Source: a virus (Duplodnaviria; Caudoviricetes). From it: DNA of 64,000 bases. Numbering within the stretch: position 1 is the stretch's first letter; each line of letters begins with the position of its first letter. The notes under the pieces are model-generated. The model was not told the DNA's origin and ran no database searches. It saw nothing but the letters and a program-made list of their open reading frames with translations. Made by a program: the position numbers and the translations under genes. Where the stretch lies: positions 14,455-78,454 of IMG/VR virus record IMGVR_UViG_2934563053_000002; one strand, given 5' to 3'. Of this stretch, positions 48,009 to 57,318 are shown in pieces.

Positions 48009-48862
48009 CACGCCACCGCCTTGGTCGCGAGGTCCCGGTACCGGTCCAGCAGCCCGGAGTCCTGGAGGAACGGCCGCTGTGGGAAGAAGCTCCAGTGCGA
48101 CACGAGGGCGTTGCCCGCGAGGATGTTGGGCTGCCCGGTGACCCGGGGCCAATGCACGGTGTGGAAGTGCTCCTCCTCATCCGGCACGAGGACGCCCGGC
48201 GTATCGAGCGCAGCGTAATCCGCGCCGGCTGAGGCGAAGCAACTCACCGAGAACTGGTCGCCGAGCTTGATGGGAAAGTCCTGGTACATGTACAGGCTCT
48301 CGACGGTGCCTGCCGCGATGTGCTCCAGCAGCAGGGTGTGGAGCTTCACGGCGAATGGCCCGTTCGCCCAGCCGACTGGGTCCATGCAGTAGGGCGACAC
48401 CTCGCCCCATTCGCGGGGCACGATCCCACACTGTTGGAGATACCAGGAGACGAGGGCGTTGTTCCAGATGATCGGGAAGATGGCTTTCGAGTCGCCCATC
48501 TCGATCTTCTTGCGGACCAGAGTCTCGACCGTTCCGTCGTGCACGTACACCACGTCGTCATCGAACCGCACGTACACCGTGTCCGGGTCGACGAAGCTGC
48601 GGTAGGCGTAGCCGGTGGAGCGCTGCTTCGGCCCGGGGTGCCGCTGCGGGCGTTCCAGGATGCGGATCCAGTCGTGCTCGGCGGCAAGCTGCTCGCCGTA
48701 CATGCGGTCCGCGGCCTGCTTGTCCTCGTCGAGGTTCATGTAGAGGATCCACTCGTCGACGACGCCGGCGTCGTGGTCGCGGGCCATGTACCGGGCGAGG
48801 ATGCTCACGGTGGCTTCTCGGCCGAACGGAGTCCAGGCCACCACCCTCTTGTCGTCGATCAC
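48008..48862 (-). CDS. GT-A fold glycosyltransferase
   Basis: TPFGR, YVRFDDDVVYV (DxD), P.IWNN, FSVSCFA, DEE, VSHWSFFPQ. Confidence 0.75.
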   Translation of the reverse strand: MIDDKRVVAWTPFGREATVSILARYMARDHDAGVVDEWILYMNLDEDKQAADRMYGEQLAAEHDWIRILERPQRHPGPKQRSTGYAYRSFVDPDTVYVRFDDDVVYVHDGTVETLVRKKIEMGDSKAIFPIIWNNALVSWYLQQCGIVPREWGEVSPYCMDPVGWANGPFAVKLHTLLLEHIAAGTVESLYMYQDFPIKLGDQFSVSCFASAGADYAALDTPGVLVPDEEEHFHTVHWPRVTGQPNILAGNALVSHWSFFPQRPFLQDSGLLDRYRDLATKAVA

Positions 48863-49050
48863 GCTGCGGTCCTCTCTTCTGCAATCCACCACCACGCGGT
48901 GGGTTCGATGATCGGTTCGTCATCGGCCTGGTCGAACCACGAGTCGAGACAGACCTGGCACACCACGACCGTGTTTCCTGCCGCGGTGCGGATGAGGGCC
49001 ACGGGCTCGGTGCAGGACGCAAGTGCACAGTGGCAGGTGCTCACGTTCAC
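48859..49050 (-). CDS. Small Cys-rich protein
   Basis: CHC...C, CQVCLD.WFD.ADD; flanked by 19-bp direct repeats. Confidence 0.55.
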   Translation of the reverse strand: MNVSTCHCALASCTEPVALIRTAAGNTVVVCQVCLDSWFDQADDEPIIEPTAWWWIAEERTAA

Positions 49051-50060
49051 GCTGCGGTCCTCTCTCTGGCGGGCTGGAGCGCCTGCTGCCACTGCTGGTT
49101 GATGGCCTGGAGGATGGAGCCGGACGCCTCCGCGCGGGCGGCCATGCCGATGCGCTTGCGCAGCTCGGGGTCGTCGGCGAGCTGCTTGAGGTAGTGGCCC
49201 CACTGGTGCTCGCGGCGGACGAGGAACCCGGTCTCGCCGTGCCGGATCACGGCGCGGTAGGGCTCGATGTCGGACGCGATCAGCGGGATGCCGAGCGTCG
49301 AAGCCTCCAAGAACTTGGTCGGGTACTTGGCCTGGTTGAAGGCGGTGTCGCGGTACGGCGCGCACCAGATGTCGAAGCCGCTGACGGCCGCGAGGTAGCG
49401 GCCGAAGTCGCGCACCCAGCCGAGCGCGCCGAGCCCGGCGCCGCGGAGGCCCGTGGCGATGGCCTGCTGCGGGCTGATGCCGACGAGCCGCACCACCGTG
49501 CTGCCACCGGGCCGCGGATAGTGCACGATCCGGTTGAGCGCCCGCACCGCTTCGGGCAGCTCAGCCACGGTGGAGGCGGTGCCCGCCCATCCGACCTTGA
49601 GAACGTCGGGCTGGTAGTCGCGGGGCTCGCCGAGGTACTGGGCGGGCAAGCCGTTGGGGACGACGCGCACGTCCGGGTGGTAGTCGCGGAGCACGGCGGC
49701 GAGCGGCTCGGAGCAGCACGTCACCGTGTCCGCGGCGGCCAGGTTGTCGAGGAGCCCTTGCCGCATCTCGCGGCTCGACCACAGGGCGTAGGCCGTGCGG
49801 TTGGTGGGGTCGAGGTGGAGGTAGTCGTCGTCCAGGTCGAGGACTCTCCGGACGCCGTGCTCGCCCATCTGTCGCCAGGTGTGGGACGGGCCCGGCTTGG
49901 CAACGCGGCAGCCGACGACAGCGTCCAGCTGCTGCCAGTCGTCGGGCAGGCGCTGGCCGGCGGAGGTCTGGTGACCGAGCCACTGGAGGCTCATGGCGGG
50001 CATGACGGCTCGGTACATGCCGGAGCCGGCGTCGTCGGCGGACCAGTAGTGGACGCGCAC
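49047..50060 (-). CDS. GT-B fold (GT4-like) glycosyltransferase
   Basis: SGMYR..P, LDLDDD, ADTVT, VVPNG, VGWAG, FNQAK..TKFLE...GIPLIASD..PY. Confidence 0.88.
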   Translation of the reverse strand: MRVHYWSADDAGSGMYRAVMPAMSLQWLGHQTSAGQRLPDDWQQLDAVVGCRVAKPGPSHTWRQMGEHGVRRVLDLDDDYLHLDPTNRTAYALWSSREMRQGLLDNLAAADTVTCCSEPLAAVLRDYHPDVRVVPNGLPAQYLGEPRDYQPDVLKVGWAGTASTVAELPEAVRALNRIVHYPRPGGSTVVRLVGISPQQAIATGLRGAGLGALGWVRDFGRYLAAVSGFDIWCAPYRDTAFNQAKYPTKFLEASTLGIPLIASDIEPYRAVIRHGETGFLVRREHQWGHYLKQLADDPELRKRIGMAARAEASGSILQAINQQWQQALQPARERTAA

Positions 50061-50061
50061 G

Positions 50062-50409
50062 TCAGCCGTCGACGGGCTCGTAGGTGGCCGCGAAGATGTC
50101 GGGCTTGCAGGGGTAGACCTCGCCCTGTACGCCGGTGATGATCCAGTCTCCGGGGCAGACGGTGTGGCCGCCTTCGAGGGTGTCGATCCATCCGTGGTCG
50201 TGCCAGATCCGGCCGCACAGGTCGTGCGTGGTCTGTCCGTCGTACTCGGGCTCGGGGCGTCGGAAGTATCGGACGACGCGGCCTTCGCTGCGTTCCCCAG
50301 GCAGGATCTTGTGTTCGGGGGGTAGGGCGTCGTCGGGGTGGTCGCCGTTCTTCCACCACTGAATGGCTTCGATCTCGACGGGCTTCTTGCGGTAGCGGGC
50401 CATGGTCAT
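50062..50409 (-). CDS. Conserved phage protein (RKKPV..EAIQW family)
   Basis: YRKKPVEIEAIQW...TLEG...PGDWII.GVQGEVYPCKPDIF..TYE. Confidence 0.85.
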   Translation of the reverse strand: MTMARYRKKPVEIEAIQWWKNGDHPDDALPPEHKILPGERSEGRVVRYFRRPEPEYDGQTTHDLCGRIWHDHGWIDTLEGGHTVCPGDWIITGVQGEVYPCKPDIFAATYEPVDG

Positions 50410-50413
50410 CTCC

Positions 50414-51379
50414 TCACGCTGCCTGGAGCTGGTATCCGGGGAGCCAGTGCTCGGCGTAGTAGCGGACGGTGTTCCGGATGCCGTCAGCGAGCGGCACGAA
50501 CGAGTCGGCGCCGTGGTCGGCGCCGAGGACGTCGAGCGTCGAGGTGTCCGCGCGGACGACCGCGTTGGGCACCTCGCCGGGCCGCATGGGCAGATGCGTG
50601 ATGTCGACCGGGGCGCGGCCGGTCATCTCGGCGGCGGTGTCGGCGACGAGCCGCGCGATGTCGAGGACGGTGCAGGAGGTGGCCGGGCCGACCTCGATCG
50701 GCTGGGCGGGGGCGCCGTGGCACGCGGTGTGCTCCAGCGCGGCGACGAACACGCGGGCCACGTCCTCGACGTACACGCAGTCGGACACCTGGGTGCCGTC
50801 GCCGTATACCTCGATGGGGGTTCCGGTGAGGGCACGGCACGTGAACGCGGGCATGACCTTGCGCACCTTCGACGTGCCGTAGGGGGCGGCGACGCTCTGC
50901 CCGGGGCCGTAGGCGTTGACGGGCCGGACGATGGCGACCTGGCCGCCGTCGCGGTAGGCGTTGTACATGCGGGCCAGGTCTTCGGCGGCGCTCTTGGTGA
51001 TCGTGTAGCAGCCGGTTCCTTGGAGCCGCATGAAGTGGTTGCCCACTCCTGCGTAGACCGTGGGGATCCGGTACTGGGTGGCGGCTTCGAACACGTTCAG
51101 GCTGCCGATGATGTTCGTCTCGGCGGACGGGCGCGGGTTGCTGATGGTCTCTTGTGTGCCGAGGACGGCGGCGAGGTGGATGATGCCGTCGGCGTGGGCG
51201 GCGGCTTCGGTGACGGCGGTGGCGTCCCGCACGTCGCCGAGGAAGAACTCCTCGCCGTCGAGGAGTCCGCCGCGCCGGTCTTGGTGGTCCATGACGAGGA
51301 CGGTGTGGCCACGGGCGAGGAGCTGGTGGCGGATCCAGGTGGCTATGAAGCCGGAGCCTCCGGTTACGAGCACCTTCAT
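50414..51379 (-). CDS. NAD-dependent nucleotide-sugar epimerase/dehydratase (extended SDR)
   Basis: VLVTGGSGFI, IHLAA, YTITK (YxxxK), NAYGPGQ, YGDGTQ..D.VYVEDVA, RPGE. Confidence 0.92.
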   Translation of the reverse strand: MKVLVTGGSGFIATWIRHQLLARGHTVLVMDHQDRRGGLLDGEEFFLGDVRDATAVTEAAAHADGIIHLAAVLGTQETISNPRPSAETNIIGSLNVFEAATQYRIPTVYAGVGNHFMRLQGTGCYTITKSAAEDLARMYNAYRDGGQVAIVRPVNAYGPGQSVAAPYGTSKVRKVMPAFTCRALTGTPIEVYGDGTQVSDCVYVEDVARVFVAALEHTACHGAPAQPIEVGPATSCTVLDIARLVADTAAEMTGRAPVDITHLPMRPGEVPNAVVRADTSTLDVLGADHGADSFVPLADGIRNTVRYYAEHWLPGYQLQAA

Positions 51380-52005
51380 GCGGAGGTCTCCTTGGTGTCG
51401 GGCCTGTGGTCTGTCTCGTCGTAGATGACGACGTGGAACTGGTCGGGTAGGTCGTCGGGGTCGCCGCCTCGCATGCGGTGGATCTCCCGCAGGAGTGCCT
51501 TCACCTGGTTGCGGTAGGCAGCGGAGTCGTGCTCGGCGATGGCCGCTCGGATCTCTGCACCACGCACGCGAGCCTCGCCAGGGGACACGAACTCCATGGG
51601 GGCTGCGTCCTCGAACTCCGGGCCGACCTTGCACCATGCGCAGTTCAGCACCTTGTGGCCGCACGTGCTGACGTCCTTGTACACCTCGTGGTTGTCCCGA
51701 TCCGGGGCAGCGAGGTCGGCGTCGTCGAGGTCGCCTGCTGCGCCGATGGGCGAGGAAGTCACGGCGCCGCAGGGGCAGACGGCGTTCTGCTCGGGCTTGC
51801 CGTGTGTGACGGTGAACCAGCAGCCTGCCGGGTCGGTGTGCATGTCCCACCCGTGCTCGCATGAGGGGCACCGGTCGGTGGCGGTGGCCTCTTCGGTGGG
51901 CAGTGCTTCGCGGATGCGCCGGAGCGCGGTCTCAGCAGTCCATACCCGGTCGCGGAGTTTCTCGTCTTCGGTCTGCTCGGGTGACGGCTCGGCCATGTCT
52001 GCCAT
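51376..52005 (-). CDS. Hypothetical Cys-rich protein
   Basis: GGGAG RBS; overlaps epimerase start. Confidence 0.6.
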   Translation of the reverse strand: MADMAEPSPEQTEDEKLRDRVWTAETALRRIREALPTEEATATDRCPSCEHGWDMHTDPAGCWFTVTHGKPEQNAVCPCGAVTSSPIGAAGDLDDADLAAPDRDNHEVYKDVSTCGHKVLNCAWCKVGPEFEDAAPMEFVSPGEARVRGAEIRAAIAEHDSAAYRNQVKALLREIHRMRGGDPDDLPDQFHVVIYDETDHRPDTKETSA

Positions 52006-52186
52006 GTGTGGCTCCCGTGCGGGTGGGTGCGGGTTGAGGCGGCGGGGTCGGACCCGCACGGCCGAAGCCCCGCCGCCGGGTCAGGACCGTGACCCACCAC
52101 CACCATACCCCCGACGCCTTCGAATCGTAGGTTGATGGCTGGTGTTGGGCTACGATTCATAGGGATACCGGTGTCAGGAGACCCGC

Positions 52187-52678
52187 ATGCCCGTCCACAT
52201 CTGCTCACTCAAAAACGCCGAACCGCAGTCCATACCCAGCGGCGGCGGTTACCACGTCGTGCACTTCCCCTTCGGGAGCGGCGAGTCCTACGACGCCCAC
52301 GGCATGCACCAGATGATGCAGCCCGACAGCTTTCACATCACCAACTGGCGCACCGACGACCGCTCCGGACTGATCTGGCCCGCCGTCCACGGCTGGGGCG
52401 TCCTCACCGCGATGATCCAGTGGGAGTCCGGCAACTACTCGGAGCTGCGCGACCAGTACGTGCGTGACCCGCTCGGCTTCACCGCCAACCCGGCCGACAC
52501 CACCGCGACCGACCACCGGCCCCCGAGCCCTGGCATGCAGTGCTTCACCAAGCACCACGAGATCTTCGTGCACCCGGACGTGCCGCTCGCTCTGCGCGTC
52601 TCCCACAACGCCTCCGGGCCCCGGGATCTGGTGCTGGCCGAATTCAAGCTCGCCATCCACCCCGCAGAAGAGAGCTGA
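52187..52678 (+). CDS. Hypothetical protein preceding endolysin
   Basis: AGGAG RBS, strong codon bias. Confidence 0.7.
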   Translation: MPVHICSLKNAEPQSIPSGGGYHVVHFPFGSGESYDAHGMHQMMQPDSFHITNWRTDDRSGLIWPAVHGWGVLTAMIQWESGNYSELRDQYVRDPLGFTANPADTTATDHRPPSPGMQCFTKHHEIFVHPDVPLALRVSHNASGPRDLVLAEFKLAIHPAEES

Positions 52679-52683
52679 CCGCC

Positions 52684-53766
52684 ATGGCCAAGTCGGGACC
52701 ACAGAAATTCGCCGGGGCCTCCACCTCGTACTGGTACCAGAACCGGTACCCGGGCAACGCAATGGAGACCAACGTCATCGTCTGGCACAGCACGGAGGGC
52801 ACGTCCCTACCGTCGTACAGCGGTGGCGCCGTCGCCCCGAACCTGACTGCGAAGCCGGACTTCAAGAACCGTCGGCTGGTCTGGTACCAGCACTTCGACT
52901 TCGACGTCTCCGCGCGCGCCTTGGTCAACCGGTCCGGCGGGGTGCAGACCAACACCCTCAACGTCTGCCAGATCGAGGTCGTCGGCACCTGCGACCCGGG
53001 CACCCACGCGAAGTGGACGAAGGCCGGGTACGCGCACCTGTACATGCCGGACCTGCCCGACTGGGCGATACGCGACCTCGGGCAGTTCGCCGAGTGGGCG
53101 CATGACAAGCACGGCGTACCGCTGTCCTCCGACGTGACGTTCAAGGCATACCCCTCCAGCTACGGCGCCACCAACGTCCGGATGAGCTACTCCAAGTGGA
53201 CCAACTACCGCGGCCACTGCGGACACCAACACGTCCCGGAGAACCAACACGGCGACCCAGGTGCTTTCCCCATGGCGGCGATCCTCGCTGCGGCGAAGGG
53301 CGACGGGCCCGAGCCGGAGGCCCCGCCGGCGAGCGGCGGCGGCACGTACACAGTGAAGGCCGGGGACACCCTGTCGAGCATCGGCCGGGCGCTGGGTGTG
53401 CCGTGGCCGGACATCGCCAAGGCCAACGGGATCCGCACGCCGTACCGGATCCTGCCGGGCCAGACGCTCACCATCCCCGGCTCCGCCCCGGCCACCCCGT
53501 CCTACGAGCCGTACCCGGGCGCGAGCTTCTTCATGAACGGCTCCCGGCCGGCGCTCGGCAAGCGCAGCGCGATCTTTACGGAGATGGGCAAGCGCCTCGT
53601 CGCCGTCGGATGCAGCCACTACCGCGTCGGTCCCGGGCCCGTACTCGGGCAGGCCGACGTCGACTCCTACGAAGCGTGGCAGCGCAAGTGCGGCTACTCC
53701 GGAGCCGCAGCGACCTGGCCGCCCGGACGCACCACCTGGGACAAGCTCAAGGTCCCCCGCTCCTAA
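52684..53766 (+). CDS. Endolysin: amidase-2-like catalytic domain, LysM, peptidoglycan-binding domain
   Basis: VWHSTEG, QIEVVG, GHQHVPENQHGDPG; YTVKAGDTLSSI LysM; YEAWQRK.GYSG...PG.TTWDKL. Confidence 0.9.
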   Translation: MAKSGPQKFAGASTSYWYQNRYPGNAMETNVIVWHSTEGTSLPSYSGGAVAPNLTAKPDFKNRRLVWYQHFDFDVSARALVNRSGGVQTNTLNVCQIEVVGTCDPGTHAKWTKAGYAHLYMPDLPDWAIRDLGQFAEWAHDKHGVPLSSDVTFKAYPSSYGATNVRMSYSKWTNYRGHCGHQHVPENQHGDPGAFPMAAILAAAKGDGPEPEAPPASGGGTYTVKAGDTLSSIGRALGVPWPDIAKANGIRTPYRILPGQTLTIPGSAPATPSYEPYPGASFFMNGSRPALGKRSAIFTEMGKRLVAVGCSHYRVGPGPVLGQADVDSYEAWQRKCGYSGAAATWPPGRTTWDKLKVPRS

Positions 53767-53792
53767 CCCCACCAGCAGAAACGGATCCCCTC

Positions 53793-54140
53793 ATGAAACT
53801 GTTCGGACGCGAACCCGTCGTCGTACTCAACGCCCTGTCAGCCGCTCTCGGACTCGTCGTGTCCCTCGGCTTCACCAGCCTCACCGCCGAGCAGGCCGGC
53901 GCGATCGTCGGCGTCGCCACCGCGGTGCTCGGCGCCGTCGCCGCTGCCATGACCCGGCCGGTCGCACCGCAGGCGTTCACCACGGTCGTCGCGGCCGCGG
54001 CCACCCTGACCGCCACCTTCGGGTTCGAGGTGTCGCAGTCCACGATCGGCGCGGTCAACGGGCTGGTGCTCGCGGTCCTCACGCTGATGACCCGTCCCCA
54101 GGTCACTCCGTCGAAGCCGGACGCTCCGGCGAGTGCCTGA
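53793..54140 (+). CDS. Holin
   Basis: MKLFGREP, multi-TM, C-terminal R.QVTP; follows endolysin. Confidence 0.8.
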   Translation: MKLFGREPVVVLNALSAALGLVVSLGFTSLTAEQAGAIVGVATAVLGAVAAAMTRPVAPQAFTTVVAAAATLTATFGFEVSQSTIGAVNGLVLAVLTLMTRPQVTPSKPDAPASA

Positions 54141-54153
54141 GACGAGGTGACCT

Positions 54154-54501
54154 ATGGCTGACGAGCCGACGCTTGGCGAGGTGGTCCGTCGCCTGGAGGC
54201 CGTGCATGCAGACCTCAAGGAAGACGTCCGCAACGTCGGTGGCCGGCTCGACAGCAAGGTCTCCATCGAGCGGTACGACATCGAATGGCGCGCCCGCGAG
54301 GACGCCCTGCGTGGGATGAGCGAGCGGATCCGCGCCATCGAGGAGGCCCGCGATCAGGAACACAGACAGATGGACGCTGACCGCCGCGCCGCAGACGACC
54401 GCCGCCGGGCAGACAGGCGGCTGCTGTTCACTGCGCTGATCGCCCCGATCCTGTTGCTGCTGTTGCAGACCTACCTCGCCACCAGGGGGGCGGGCCAGTG
54501 A
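54154..54501 (+). CDS. Coiled-coil membrane protein of lysis cassette
   Basis: EPTLGEV.RRL, C-terminal TM. Confidence 0.7.
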   Translation: MADEPTLGEVVRRLEAVHADLKEDVRNVGGRLDSKVSIERYDIEWRAREDALRGMSERIRAIEEARDQEHRQMDADRRAADDRRRADRRLLFTALIAPILLLLLQTYLATRGAGQ

Positions 54502-55175
54502 GCACGCACCAGCATCCGGGGAAACGCCGCCGCCGCAACGACTTGCTGTACGCGGCCGTGGCGATGGTCGGTATCGGCGCGTTCGCGTGGGTGGTGTTCA
54601 CCCTCCAGCAGCTGGCGGGGGATCTGCGGCAGGCCAACGACGCCCGTGACGCCTTGGCCGCGCAGGTGGAGCAGCTCGGGGAGAAGCCCGTCGCCGGGCC
54701 GCCGGGGTCGCGTGGAGACGCCAGCGAGAGCAAGCCTGGGCCCCGCGGTCCCCGGGGCCCCGCAGGGGAGAGGGGAGACCGCGGGCCCAGCGGCAAGCCC
54801 GGCTCCGATGGCAAGCGCGGCAGTGCGGGTGATGCCGGGGACACGGGCAAGAAGGGCAAGGCGGGGAAGGAAGGCCCGCAGGGGGAGACTGGGCAGGAGG
54901 GCGCCCAGGGTGAGCCGGGCCCGCAGGGTCCGCAGGGGGAGCCTGGTGCGGCCGGACCCCGCGGCGAGCAGGGGCCCCGGGGTGAGCGAGGGGAGACCGG
55001 CCCGGCGCCGTCGTCCTGGACGTTCACGTATGGCGGCGTCAGCTACCGGTGCACGCCGGTGTCGGGTGGGTCGACGTCGTACTCGTGCAGCCCCTCGTCT
55101 CCGGATCCGGGTTCGGATGAGGGGCCGGCTCCGCAGGCGGCGGGGCTGGATCCGTGGCGGCGGACGTACCCGTAG
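54498..55175 (+). CDS. Membrane-anchored collagen-like protein
   Basis: TM, LAAQVEQLG.KPV.GPPG, about 30 Gly-X-Y triplets. Confidence 0.85.
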   Translation: MSTHQHPGKRRRRNDLLYAAVAMVGIGAFAWVVFTLQQLAGDLRQANDARDALAAQVEQLGEKPVAGPPGSRGDASESKPGPRGPRGPAGERGDRGPSGKPGSDGKRGSAGDAGDTGKKGKAGKEGPQGETGQEGAQGEPGPQGPQGEPGAAGPRGEQGPRGERGETGPAPSSWTFTYGGVSYRCTPVSGGSTSYSCSPSSPDPGSDEGPAPQAAGLDPWRRTYP

Positions 55176-55183
55176 GAGGGGTG

Positions 55184-55474
55184 ATGGCTGAGGCGGCGCG
55201 GCGCCCGCGCGGGAGTGACGTGACCATCGTGGTGGTGGTCGTGGTGGTGGCGGCTCTGGCTGCTCTGCTGGTGTGGCTGTCGGCCAGCAGCCAGGAGTTG
55301 CAGCAGGGGCAGCAGTCGGGTCGGGCGCAGCGGACGGATCAGCAGCAGTTGACGTGTGCGCTGTGGGCTGCGATGCGCAGCGATGTTCCGGGGGATCTGT
55401 CGGCGGAGGTTCGGGCGGCGGCGGATCGGATCTGTTCGGATGTGCCGACGCCTACGTCGTCGCCGTCTCGCTAG
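55184..55474 (+). CDS. Small membrane protein
   Basis: AGGAGG RBS; Val-rich TM. Confidence 0.6.
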   Translation: MAEAARRPRGSDVTIVVVVVVVAALAALLVWLSASSQELQQGQQSGRAQRTDQQQLTCALWAAMRSDVPGDLSAEVRAAADRICSDVPTPTSSPSR

Positions 55475-55485
55475 GAGGGGTTGTC

Positions 55486-56877
55486 ATGCCGCTGCCCGAG
55501 GGTGTTCCGACGTTCACGCTGGTGGGCGAGTTCGCGCCCCTGTCGCCTGGTGGAGGGGAGCGACAGGGGACGCTGGCGTTCACGCCGGTGCCGGCGGTGC
55601 TGGTGTCGACGGCGACTGACGCGATCCTGCTCGGCACCGAGAACGCCACGTTGGGCGCGTCGGGTGAGTTCTCGATCGAGCTGGTGGCGGAGGCCGACGA
55701 GGACTTCGTGTGGCGGGTGGACGAGACCATCACTGGGCAGCCGCCGCGGAGCTACACCATCGAGCCGGGTACCGCGGGGAGCACGGTGGCGCTGACGTCG
55801 GTCGCAGTAACCGACGTGTTGCCGGATGACTATGTGGTGGTGGCGGGCCCGCGGGGTCCGGCTGGTGCGGATGGCGCCCCGGGCACGGACGGGCTGGACG
55901 GTGCGCCGGGGGCTGATGGTCAGGATGGGGCACCGGGCGCGGACGGCGCGCCCGGAGCGTCGGCCTACGAGGTCGCGGTCGATGCCGGGTTCGTCGGCAC
56001 CGAGCAGCAGTGGCTCGACTCGCTCCAGACGGACGCGGAGGCGTACACGGATGCTGCGGTGGACGGTCGGCTGGAGAAGGCCGCGAACCTCGCCGACCTC
56101 ACCGACGCCGGCGCGGCCCGCAGCAGTCTCGGGCTGGGGGATGCCGCGACCCGCAGCGTCGGCACCGGGGCGGGCAGCGTGGCGGCTGGCGATGACGGCC
56201 GGTTCACGGATGCTCGCACCCCTACTGCGCATGCGGCGACTCACGCGAGTGGCGGGTCTGATGCGCTCGCGCCGGCGAGTATCGGTGCTCTGCCTGCGGC
56301 GGGCGGCACCATCAGCGGCAACCTCGCGGTCGAGGGTGTGGCGTTGGGGCAGGACACTCCGGCTGCGCATGGTGTGGCCGCGTGGTGCTATGACCCGGCT
56401 GCCGCGGTCAACTCGACGCAGCTCAGTGGCGGTGTGCTGTATCTGGTGCGGGTGGACATCGCTGCTGCGGTGACGGTGTCGTCGATCTACTGGTGGGTGG
56501 GGAATCCGGGGTCGTCGCCCACGTCGGGTCAGTGTCACGTCGGGTTGTACTCGTCGGCGGGGGCGCTGCTGGCGTCGGCGAACGTGGATGCTCTGATCTC
56601 GTCGGCTGCGTTGAAGACGACCACCATCGCCAGTCAGGGGTTGTCGGCTGGGGCGTTCTACTGGGTGGGGCTCCTGTTCAATGCGGCGGTGACGCCGGAG
56701 TTGACGCGCGGGTCGGGGTGGACGGGTGTGGCTGAGGCGGCGAATGTGGGGTTGTCGGCGGCGTCGTTGCGGTTCGCGACGAACGGGTCTGGGCGGACGG
56801 TGCTGCCGTCCTCGTTCGATCCGTCGTCGAATGTGGGGGCGAACATCGCTGGCCCGTGGGTGGCTGTGGGTGCGTGA
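55486..56877 (+). CDS. Tail-fibre-like protein with short collagen stretch
   Basis: GADGAP repeats, GASAYEVAV..GF.GTE.QWL.SL, NLADL..AR.SLGLGDAAT, HAATHA.GGSD. Confidence 0.75.
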   Translation: MPLPEGVPTFTLVGEFAPLSPGGGERQGTLAFTPVPAVLVSTATDAILLGTENATLGASGEFSIELVAEADEDFVWRVDETITGQPPRSYTIEPGTAGSTVALTSVAVTDVLPDDYVVVAGPRGPAGADGAPGTDGLDGAPGADGQDGAPGADGAPGASAYEVAVDAGFVGTEQQWLDSLQTDAEAYTDAAVDGRLEKAANLADLTDAGAARSSLGLGDAATRSVGTGAGSVAAGDDGRFTDARTPTAHAATHASGGSDALAPASIGALPAAGGTISGNLAVEGVALGQDTPAAHGVAAWCYDPAAAVNSTQLSGGVLYLVRVDIAAAVTVSSIYWWVGNPGSSPTSGQCHVGLYSSAGALLASANVDALISSAALKTTTIASQGLSAGAFYWVGLLFNAAVTPELTRGSGWTGVAEAANVGLSAASLRFATNGSGRTVLPSSFDPSSNVGANIAGPWVAVGA

Positions 56878-56895
56878 AGGGGGAGCCGCATGGCT

Positions 56896-56927
56896 GAGCC
56901 CCGCTGCCTTCAGGCGGCGGGGCTCTT
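56896..56927 (+). terminator. Hairpin terminator after late operon
   Basis: GAGCCCCGCTGCC-TTCA-GGCGGCGGGGCTC-TT. Confidence 0.7.
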
Positions 56928-56945
56928 CGCTGTGTGCGGGTCGGG

Positions 56946-57155
56946 TCAGGCGCTGTCGCCGTCCCAGTTCCACACCGGGGCCATGGGGTCGCCCTCGGGT
57001 GGGGAGTACCAGGCCCGGCCGCCCGGCCCCCAGGTGCCGTGATCGCACATGTGGGCGACGCCGGTAGCGCGCATCTCTGCCGTCCATCCGCTCACGGGCA
57101 TGTGGTGCCCGTCCATGGGGCCGCCGCGAAGTTCCACGGTCTCCTCGTGGGTCAT
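56946..57155 (-). CDS. Small hypothetical protein
   Basis: ELRGGPMDG...GPGGRAWY...W.WDGD. Confidence 0.6.
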   Translation of the reverse strand: MTHEETVELRGGPMDGHHMPVSGWTAEMRATGVAHMCDHGTWGPGGRAWYSPPEGDPMAPVWNWDGDSA

Positions 57156-57318
57156 GCCGGGAGCATGGCACATCATGGGGGCGGCGCGGGCGGGGTTGGG
57201 CCAGCGCCGACTGTCACCGTCTCCTGTCAGACTGGGTGCATCACATCCATCATGCTGGCTGCATGTGGACGGACGGCCCCGCTACAGCGCAGCGGGGCCG
57301 TGACCGTGAGGAGGACCG

